From the NCBI GenBank assembly GCA_043767805.1, contig JAYUGC010000159.1, positions 1 through 24,037 on the forward strand: a DNA stretch of 24,037 bases, in the 5' to 3' direction. A program made the position numbers and the translations under genes. The notes below the pieces were generated by a model. The model was not told the DNA's origin, ran no database searches, and saw only the letters and a program-made list of their open reading frames with translations. This stretch comes from Pseudomonadota bacterium (lineage in GTDB: Bacteria; Bdellovibrionota; FAC87; UBA2466). Shown one piece after another: positions 16,976 to 24,037 of this stretch. Positions within the stretch are counted from its first letter, which is position 1; each line of letters starts with the position of its first letter.

Positions 16976-18951
16976 TGAGTCTCGCCCCTTATAGAAAGAA
17001 ACGAAAATTCAAGCGCACTCCCGAGCCCAAGGGCAAGAAGAGTGCGAACAAGGGGCCGCTGCGTTTTGTCGTGCAAAAGCATGATGCGACTCGCACCCAT
17101 TATGACTTTCGGATCGAGCTCGATGGGACCTTGAAAAGCTGGGCGGTGCCGAAGACGCCCTCGTTAAATCCGCTCGATCAACGCCTCGCCATCCGAGTCG
17201 AGGATCATCCTTTGGAGTATGGGAAGTTCGAGGGCGTAATTCCCGAAGGCAATTATGGCGCCGGCGCGGTCATCGTCTGGGACCGCGGCACCTATCAGGA
17301 ACGGCATTCGGAAGGCCGGGCTCAATCGGAGAAGGCGTTGCGAGAAGGCCTGCTCAAAGGGAAGGTCACGCTCCTTCTCTCAGGCGAGAAGTTGCAAGGC
17401 GAGTTCGCCCTCATTCGCCTGAAGAAAAAAGGAAAAGAAAAGGGAGACCCGTGGCTACTCATCAAAAAACGCGACGAGCACGCGGTTTACCGGCGGAGCG
17501 AGCCCGACCAGGGCCGCTCGGTGAAGTCCGGCCGGCTGCTCTCGGACTTCAAGCCCATCCCGAAGCCGATCCCTAAAGCCTCTCGCTCCCTCCCCCACCG
17601 CGTGCGCCCGCAAATCGCGGCGTCCGTGCCGGAGCTGCCCACGGGCAAAGACTGGGTCATCGAGCCTCTTTTTGGCGGCACGCGCGCGCTTGCCGAAATA
17701 GAGCCAAGCCGCGTGACTCTGCACTCTTCGCATCTCGTGTCTCTCGATCGAAAGTTCCCGACCCTCCTCGCGGAGCTTCGTAAGTTGAAAGGCCCGCTGC
17801 TTCTCGACGGAGAAATTACCGAGGGCAAAGACGGCCCTACTTATTGGATTTCCGATCTGCTCTACGAGAAGGACAAGGATTTGCGACCGCTCGCTCTCTC
17901 CAAACGCCGCACTCGACTGGAGAAGCTGAAGTTACCGAGCCGAACGCTCTCGCTCGTCTCCTGGAAAGAGCGCCCTCGGACCGCACAGATCATCGCGAAG
18001 TACCTGCCCGCCCCTTATCGCTCCGGCGTTCAGAGCACTTGGCAACGGCAACGCTCGCAGTCGACGTTTCAAGAGCCGCCGCTCACTCACTTGGACAAAC
18101 TTTTTTGGCCGAAAGAAAAGATCACCAAGGGCGACTTGCTCGAATACCACCGGAGAATGGCGCCGTATCTGATCCCGCATTTGAAGGACCGCCCTCTGTC
18201 TTTGCACCGTCATCCCGACGGCATCGAAGGCAAAAGTTTTTTCCATAAGGACATGTCGGGCTATCTGCCTCGCCGTATCCGCACGTTCGCGGTGGAATCC
18301 CGGTCGAGCGAGAAGACGGTGCATTACCTCGTTTGCGACGATCTCTTTTCGCTCCTTTACGTGGGAAACATGGGCTGCATCGAGCTGAACCCGTGGCTCT
18401 CTCGGACGGGTTCCCCCGATAGACCCGATTATCTCGTCATCGATCTCGATCCGGACGGAAATCCGTTCAATGAGGTCGTCCGGGTCGCAAACGAAGTGCA
18501 CCGGGTCCTGGAAAGCATCAAAGTGAAGAGCTTTCCGAAAACTTCAGGCGCGTCGGGCCTGCACATCGGCGTTCCGCTCGGCGCGAAATATTCCTACGAT
18601 GAAGCTAGGGACTTCGCGATCGCTGTGGCGGAAGTGGTCCACGAACGCTTACCGAAACTGACGAGCCTCGAGCGAAGCCCCGCTCGCCGGCGGCGGCTCA
18701 TCTACCTCGATTGTTTTCAAAACCGCAGGAGCCAAACCCTGGCCTGCGCCTACACTCCGCGTCCCATCCCAGGCGCCTCGGTGTCGACGCCGCTCAAATG
18801 GAGCGAGGTCAAGCCAGGCCTCGATCCCAAGGCCTTCACGCTATCGACGATACAAAAGCGGGTGGCTCGCGTGGGGGATCTCTGGAAAGGGGTTCTCGGA
18901 GAAGCGGAGGACCTGCCTAAAGCCTTAGCCCGCCTGAAGAAACAATCGTAG
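16975..18951 (+). CDS. ligD: LigD-like protein: phosphoesterase, degenerate ligase domain, primase-type polymerase
   Basis: PE: FVVQKHDATRTHYDFRIE, SWAVPK, EDHPLEY. POL: RHPDG, IDLDP, KTSGASGLHI, YLDCFQN. The ligase region lacks the motif I lysine (EPLFGG) and the OB domain. Confidence 0.9.
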   Translation: MSLAPYRKKRKFKRTPEPKGKKSANKGPLRFVVQKHDATRTHYDFRIELDGTLKSWAVPKTPSLNPLDQRLAIRVEDHPLEYGKFEGVIPEGNYGAGAVIVWDRGTYQERHSEGRAQSEKALREGLLKGKVTLLLSGEKLQGEFALIRLKKKGKEKGDPWLLIKKRDEHAVYRRSEPDQGRSVKSGRLLSDFKPIPKPIPKASRSLPHRVRPQIAASVPELPTGKDWVIEPLFGGTRALAEIEPSRVTLHSSHLVSLDRKFPTLLAELRKLKGPLLLDGEITEGKDGPTYWISDLLYEKDKDLRPLALSKRRTRLEKLKLPSRTLSLVSWKERPRTAQIIAKYLPAPYRSGVQSTWQRQRSQSTFQEPPLTHLDKLFWPKEKITKGDLLEYHRRMAPYLIPHLKDRPLSLHRHPDGIEGKSFFHKDMSGYLPRRIRTFAVESRSSEKTVHYLVCDDLFSLLYVGNMGCIELNPWLSRTGSPDRPDYLVIDLDPDGNPFNEVVRVANEVHRVLESIKVKSFPKTSGASGLHIGVPLGAKYSYDEARDFAIAVAEVVHERLPKLTSLERSPARRRRLIYLDCFQNRRSQTLACAYTPRPIPGASVSTPLKWSEVKPGLDPKAFTLSTIQKRVARVGDLWKGVLGEAEDLPKALARLKKQS

Positions 18952-19019
18952 AGAAATCTCCACATTGCTCTTCTCAAGCAAGGTCTCTTCCGGCGCCGAA
19001 GGGTGTACTGGAGGGTACC

Positions 19020-19631
19020 ATGGCCAAAGCTCCCGCAAAGAAGGCTACAGTGAAAAAGAGTCCTTTCAAGACCCGTAAGACCCGTTCCGAGGTCTCCAAG
19101 GAATCCGACACGCTGACGCCGCCCTCCGCCATCGCGCAAGCCATCGATTCGTTCCGTGATTGCCAGGAGCAAGCCCGGCACTTCGAAGGCGAAGCGACCA
19201 TCCACAAAAACCAGGTCCTCGACTTCTCCGAAGCCGAGTACGCGAAACGGTTAATTGGCGGCATGGGAAAATCCTTCAAGGTGCTCGGCGAGGAGTCGAT
19301 GGTCACCTATGTGGTGATGGACGCGAGCGCGGGCCTTGCCGACGAAGACGTGGAATCGTTTCGCCAGCGCTGGGGCGACCAAGCCGCGGACGAGCTTATT
19401 CAGCGCGACTTCAACAGCATTCGCTTCGACGGAGACGTGCTCGAAGCCAACTACGATAAAGTCGTGGAAGCCCTCGAAACGCTCCCCGAGGAAATCGTCG
19501 AAACTCTCTTCAAGCCGATGCTCATGAAGGCTCGGCCCGGTGCGGCAGAGACCGCGAAGAAGTACGCGAAAAACGCGAAGGAGCTGCGCGAGCTTCTCAA
19601 GATGCTGAAAATCCGCAACTACATCAAGTAG
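19020..19631 (+). CDS. Hypothetical protein with basic N-terminal tail
   Basis: RBS GGAGG, host-like codon usage, N-terminus MAKAPAKKATVKKSPFKTRKTR; no family firmly recognised. Confidence 0.85.
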   Translation: MAKAPAKKATVKKSPFKTRKTRSEVSKESDTLTPPSAIAQAIDSFRDCQEQARHFEGEATIHKNQVLDFSEAEYAKRLIGGMGKSFKVLGEESMVTYVVMDASAGLADEDVESFRQRWGDQAADELIQRDFNSIRFDGDVLEANYDKVVEALETLPEEIVETLFKPMLMKARPGAAETAKKYAKNAKELRELLKMLKIRNYIK

Positions 19632-19679
19632 CGGATCGTAGGTTGCCGGGCCGGTCCCCCTCCCCTATATTCTCGGCAC

Positions 19680-20285
19680 ATGTTGAGGGACCGCCAGAGC
19701 ATTTTCACACCTAATTTTTTCACCCGACAGGTTTCCGTGGCTCCTTCCCGTTTCATTCGACCCCAACATCCCAAAACGGAAATTCGTCCCGATCCGGCGG
19801 CCATGCGCCGGGTGCTGGATTCCGGCTGGGCGGGACAGCTCAAAGTGCACGGCCACCGCGCGCAAATTCACGTGCCCGCGTCGAGCTCCCAAAAGATTCT
19901 CGTCTTCAACCGCCAAGGAAACCCTCACAAGAAGGCCTTGCCCGCGGCGGCCGCACTCGAGCTACGGCGCCTCTTTCAGCCGGCCAAGGGCTGGAACGTG
20001 GTCGACGGAGAATGGCTCAAAGAAAAAGATCATTTCTTCATATTCGACTTCTTGAAGCAGGACGACCGGCTGCTCTCCGATTTGACCTACTCCGAGCGCC
20101 ATGCGCTGTTGCCACGCGCTTTTTTGTCGCCGCATATCAAGGTACTGCCGCTCTTGAGAGCCCTCGAGGATTGCGTCGGCACCCTCGAGAGGCTTCCCGC
20201 CCACGCGGAAGGCCTGGTGTTTAAGTCCTTGGTCTCGCCGGGTTTCGAAGACACCGCCATCGTGCGCTGCCGCGTCAAACGCTAA
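19680..20285 (+). CDS. Stand-alone ATP-dependent ligase nucleotidyltransferase domain without OB fold
   Basis: Motif I QLKVHGHRAQIH, Ia FNRQG, III VVDGEW, IIIa FFIFDFL, TYSERH, IV EGLVFK; stops just after motif V. Start may be GTG 19737. Confidence 0.82.
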   Translation: MLRDRQSIFTPNFFTRQVSVAPSRFIRPQHPKTEIRPDPAAMRRVLDSGWAGQLKVHGHRAQIHVPASSSQKILVFNRQGNPHKKALPAAAALELRRLFQPAKGWNVVDGEWLKEKDHFFIFDFLKQDDRLLSDLTYSERHALLPRAFLSPHIKVLPLLRALEDCVGTLERLPAHAEGLVFKSLVSPGFEDTAIVRCRVKR

Positions 20286-20317
20286 CTCCTTATCGTCGAT
20301 ATTCCGATAAGGAGGGC

Positions 20318-21139
20318 ATGGCTAGCCCGCGCATCGGAATTTCCGGTTGGACGTTTCCTCCCTGGCGCGGAGACTTTTATCCCAAGGGACTACCCCAGCG
20401 GCAAGAGCTCGAGCACGCGAGCCGCCAGCTCGGTACCATAGAAATCAACGGCACTTTCTACTCGTTACAACGGCCGGCGACGTTTCAAAACTGGCACGAC
20501 TCGGTGCCTGAGTCTTTCAAGTTCGCGGTCAAAGCGCCGCAGTACATGACGCACATCCGTCGGCTTAAGGACATCGAGGAATCTCTCGCCAACTTTCTCG
20601 CGTCCGGACTGCTTTGCCTCGGTAAGAAGCTGGGTCCCATCCTCTGGCAGTTTCCCCCGAACGTAATGCTGAAGGACGATCGCTTCGAGAAGTTTTTGAA
20701 GCTTCTGCCGAAGAACATGACCGAAGCCGCGAAGCTCGCCAAAGAGCACGGCCCAAAAGTCGAAGGCCGCGCCTGGACGAAAGCTTTGCTTAAGGCCCCC
20801 CTTCAGCATGCCTTCGAGTTTCGTCACAAGAGCTTTCAAGACCCCGCCTTCTTGAAGTTGATGAAGGCCCACAACGCGAGCCTCGTGCTTAGCCAGGATC
20901 ATCCGAAGTGGCCTTATCTCGAGCAGCTCACTGCGGATTTCGTCTATGTGCGCTTACACGGCACGGACATGAAGAAAGGCTACTCGCCTAAACAGCTGGG
21001 CGAGCTCGCCGCCAGCACCGAGCGCTGGAGCCGGCAAAGACAGGTCTACGTCGTTTTCGCAAACGACGCGAAAGAAACCTCTCCGAGGAACGCCTTGCAA
21101 CTGCAAGAGCGTCTGCCCCGAGCCGCTAAAGCCGCTTAA
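20318..21139 (+). CDS. DUF72 (YecE-like) TIM-barrel protein
   Basis: IGISGW, IEINGTFYSLQ, FAVKAPQYMTH, LWQFPP, AFEFRH and VYVRLHG motifs; RBS AAGGAGG. Confidence 0.95.
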   Translation: MASPRIGISGWTFPPWRGDFYPKGLPQRQELEHASRQLGTIEINGTFYSLQRPATFQNWHDSVPESFKFAVKAPQYMTHIRRLKDIEESLANFLASGLLCLGKKLGPILWQFPPNVMLKDDRFEKFLKLLPKNMTEAAKLAKEHGPKVEGRAWTKALLKAPLQHAFEFRHKSFQDPAFLKLMKAHNASLVLSQDHPKWPYLEQLTADFVYVRLHGTDMKKGYSPKQLGELAASTERWSRQRQVYVVFANDAKETSPRNALQLQERLPRAAKAA

Positions 21140-21251
21140 TACCTGGTCCCCTATCCTGTGCGCGTCGTTTTGTCGCGGGCTTCTCTTTCCTTTAGCAAGA
21201 CGCTCCCCTAAGCCCATTGGCGTCTGCAGGCAGGGCAAATATTTTGCCCCG

Positions 21252-21728
21252 GTGAGCCGACGTGAATGTCCAAATCGAGATTGTGGGGGAAAGGGTTCGC
21301 TAATAAAGCGAGGCCACTTCATCACGCGAAGTAACGCCCAGCCCGTGCGCCGCTACTATTTTAATAGCTGTAAGAAATCCTCGTCGGCCCGCACGTCTCG
21401 GCGAACGTACCGTCAGAAAAAGCCCCAACTCAATCGCCTGGTGTTTGGGCTCTATGTTTCGGCCCTGAGCCAGAGACGTATCGCGCGGATACTTCGCATC
21501 AACCGTAAAACGGTCGTGAGGAAGTTGCTCTTCCTTGCCTCTCTTTCAAGAGAAGCGTACGAACGATGGCTCAAGGAATTTAAGAGCTCTCGCATGCAGT
21601 TCGACGAAATGGAAACTTTCGAGCACACCAGGCTAAAACCTTTGAGCATCGGCCTTTGCGTTGACGAAGCGACCGCGAAGACCTTAGAGGTTGCGGTCGC
21701 AACATTCATGGTCGACTCCTTGGTTTAA
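21252..21728 (+). pseudogene. Truncated IS1-like transposase remnant
   Basis: Zn-ribbon CPNRDC...RYYFNSC (third Cys lost), HTH SQRRIARILRINRKTVVRK, first catalytic motif QFDEMETF. The frame then ends at the convergent CBS gene with the rest of the DDE domain missing. Confidence 0.75.
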
Positions 21729-22210
21729 AGGCCCGCTCCCGTAAGGAGGCGATTCAATGTCTCGAAAAGGGGGCGAGTCAAAAACACTTTTCCTTTCTCG
21801 ACGAGATTCGAAAGGTCGCTTTTACCTTCCAGTTCCGCATCCAAAAGCCGAAGCATGTCGGTACTCGTCAAAATCCCTTTAACGACGTCCCCCCGCTTCA
21901 AGGGAATGGCGGTCACGCCGCACCCCACCAGTCTCTTGACCACCGTACCGATGTCCGTATTCTCGTCGACCGGAACGACGTCCGAACGCGTGAACTCTCC
22001 CAGCCCCGCCTCTTCAACGGATACGCCGGCTAGATCCCGGGCGTCCAAAATGCCTCTAAACTTCTTTCCCTCCATCACCACCAGATGGTGCACGTCGAGT
22101 TTGGCCATACGCTCGACGGCCTCGCCGACGCTGGCACTCAGCTGGATGCTGGCGACTTCGGGACGCATCCAATCCCAGATGATTTCGTTTTTCAATTGAA
22201 CGGCTTTCAT
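21725..22210 (-). CDS. CBS domain-containing protein
   Basis: Two CBS repeats (WMRPEVASI...HHLVV...GILDARDL and GILTSTDML). ATG 22210 overlaps the kinase stop codon (ATGA). Confidence 0.88.
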   Translation of the reverse strand: MKAVQLKNEIIWDWMRPEVASIQLSASVGEAVERMAKLDVHHLVVMEGKKFRGILDARDLAGVSVEEAGLGEFTRSDVVPVDENTDIGTVVKRLVGCGVTAIPLKRGDVVKGILTSTDMLRLLDAELEGKSDLSNLVEKGKVFLTRPLFETLNRLLTGAGL

Positions 22211-24037
22211 TTGTTGCTTTCCTTTTCCGTAAGTTCGATTTCTCCGGGAACGCGGTCGGGAATAGTGAGTAGAAAACGGGAACCGTTCCCGGCAATGGAT
22301 TCCACGCAAATACTTCCCCCGCGCAGCTCTACGATCTTTTTACAAATAGCTAAACCGACGCCCGTTCCCGGAATGGCTCTAGAGGCATTCCCCCGATTGA
22401 ACATTTCGAAAATCTTGCCGGCGGATTCTTTATCGATCCCGAGGCCATTGTCGGTCACCGACACGAGCCAGCCGTCAGGTTTTCTTTCCGCTTGAATCCG
22501 AATGAGCGGAGCAGCCTCGGACCGGTACTTGATGGCGTTCCCGATCAGATTTTGAAACACATGCATCAGCCCCTCAGGGTCGGCCAAGACCCGAGGCAAG
22601 GGACCCACTTCGATACGCGCTTCATTGTCGGTGATGGTTCCCGAAAGGAAACCAAGAGCTTCGTCCAAGGCGTCCTTTATTTCGATTTCCTTGAAACCCA
22701 TCGGTCTTCGGGAGATTTGGGAATACTCCAGCAAATCACGGATGAGCTGCGACAGCCTTTGAGAAGCTTCCACCACAAACTTCAGATGCATCACAGATTC
22801 TTCATCCAAATGCGGCTGAATCCTGCGCTCGAGAAGCTGAAGGCAAATGCTCATCGTCCTCAATGGTTCTTGCAAATCGTGGGACACCACGGAAGCATAT
22901 TGTTGAAGCTCGAGGTTGGATCGCTTGAGCTCGAGATCGCTGATCTCGAGCAGTCTCTGGCGTTCTTTCAACTCAGAGATGTCCTTAACGATGTTGCCGA
23001 TGGCCACCACCTTCTCGCCCAGAGAATCCTTCACCGGAAAAACCGTGACCAGACCCGGTACTGTCGTACCTTGTTTGCGTCGGAATTCCCGCTCGTAGGA
23101 ATAAGATTGTCCTCCCAACAACAATTTTTTTCGGAGCAGATTACCTTGCTCATAGCGCAGGTCGTCGGTGATGTCCTGGTAAACCCGGCGATTCACCAGC
23201 TCCTCGCCCGAGTACCCGGTAAAGGCCTTGAAGGCAGGGTTGACCTCGAGAAAAGTACCGTCTAAAGCGCAGTAAGCCATGGGGTCGGGCGAAAAGTTAA
23301 ATAGCTCGGAAAACCGACGCTGTAAGGCCTTTGAGTTTTTCTCCGCCAGCCACTTCTCGGTGAGATCCTTGTCGGACGAAACGAAGTGGGTCACTTTTCC
23401 GTCGTCCCCAACCAGCGGCGTTATGGTCTTTTCTATGTGATAAATACTTCCGTCCTTCCGGCGGTTCGTCATGGCGGCCCGGAAAGGATTCCCTTTCAGA
23501 ATGGTGGCCCAAAGATCCTTGTAGAAAAGGCGAGAGTGTTTTCCGGATTTTAGGATTTTTGATTGCCTACCCAAAATTTCCTCTTTGGAGTAGCCACTCA
23601 TTTTCGTGAAAGCGGAATTGACGTACTCGATAGTGCCGCTGCGATCGGTAATCATGACGGAATCGGCGATCTGCTCGACGACGCGGGAGAGCTTGCGGAC
23701 CAGGTCCGCGGTCCGCTTTTGATCGCTTACGTCTCGCAATACCAGGGAAACCTCAGTGAGCTCTTCGCTGTCGTGATAGATGGGAGATAACCGAACGGAC
23801 AAGTCGAACTTCTCTCCGTTCTTTCTCATCATCTGGGTCTCGAACGCGGGGACAGACTCACCTTCACGCAGGCATTTAATCCGTTCCTGAAAATCCGCCC
23901 CCTTTCCCAAAGGCACCAGCTTGTAGACCGTATCGTCCAGGACTTCTGACCGGGAAAACCCAAACAGCTTCTCCGCGGCGGAGTTAAAGATCTTTATCTT
24001 TGCGTCTAAGGAAATCGAAAGCATTCCGTCTTCCGCG
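22207..24037 (-). CDS. Multi-PAS sensor histidine kinase, 5'-partial
   Basis: Three PAS/PAC domains, H-box SHDLQEPLR, N-box NLIGNAIKY, DNGLGI and GTGVGL. The frame is open to the window edge. Confidence 0.95.
   Translation of the reverse strand, partial: AEDGMLSISLDAKIKIFNSAAEKLFGFSRSEVLDDTVYKLVPLGKGADFQERIKCLREGESVPAFETQMMRKNGEKFDLSVRLSPIYHDSEELTEVSLVLRDVSDQKRTADLVRKLSRVVEQIADSVMITDRSGTIEYVNSAFTKMSGYSKEEILGRQSKILKSGKHSRLFYKDLWATILKGNPFRAAMTNRRKDGSIYHIEKTITPLVGDDGKVTHFVSSDKDLTEKWLAEKNSKALQRRFSELFNFSPDPMAYCALDGTFLEVNPAFKAFTGYSGEELVNRRVYQDITDDLRYEQGNLLRKKLLLGGQSYSYEREFRRKQGTTVPGLVTVFPVKDSLGEKVVAIGNIVKDISELKERQRLLEISDLELKRSNLELQQYASVVSHDLQEPLRTMSICLQLLERRIQPHLDEESVMHLKFVVEASQRLSQLIRDLLEYSQISRRPMGFKEIEIKDALDEALGFLSGTITDNEARIEVGPLPRVLADPEGLMHVFQNLIGNAIKYRSEAAPLIRIQAERKPDGWLVSVTDNGLGIDKESAGKIFEMFNRGNASRAIPGTGVGLAICKKIVELRGGSICVESIAGNGSRFLLTIPDRVPGEIELTEKESNK

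Noticed and set aside
19020..19631. Canonical Ku protein
   Set aside because: It lacks the Ku N-terminal signature (W.G.I.FGLV.IPV) and the beta-barrel pattern.
21140..21728. Intact active IS element
   Set aside because: The transposase is truncated after the first catalytic Asp, a Zn-ribbon Cys is lost, and I found no terminal inverted repeat pair.

Overview
Bacterial chromosomal window; the gene content and style suggest Bdellovibrionota/Oligoflexia, but that is inference only. Positions 1-5338 are the right part of an integrative element inserted at the 3' end of a tRNA-Gly(TCC) gene (5339-5415, minus strand). The element encodes a VirD4/TraD-type coupling protein, a Replic_Relax (MOB-L-like) relaxase, a small membrane protein, a highly structured intergenic region (oriT/sso candidate), an RHH-like protein, an excisionase-like HTH protein and a tyrosine integrase. 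A probable DDE-transposon end lies at 1-99. The rest is chromosomal: NhaR-like LysR regulator, coiled-coil protein, OmpA lipoprotein, SGNH hydrolase, MarR, a Ser/Thr-rich repeat lipoprotein, a glucoamylase/GH144-like protein, a DUF255 thioredoxin protein, YceI, a bufferin (BufA2)-like precursor, a truncated IS1-like transposase, a CBS protein and a partial PAS histidine kinase. The most unusual locus is 16975-21139. It holds a LigD with PE and POL domains but a catalytically dead, OB-less ligase domain, then an unknown protein with a basic PAKKA tail and Gam/Gp157-like layout, a stand-alone OB-less ligase catalytic domain with a KxHG motif, and DUF72. No Ku gene is in the window, so this is a candidate split, possibly Ku-independent end-joining system.
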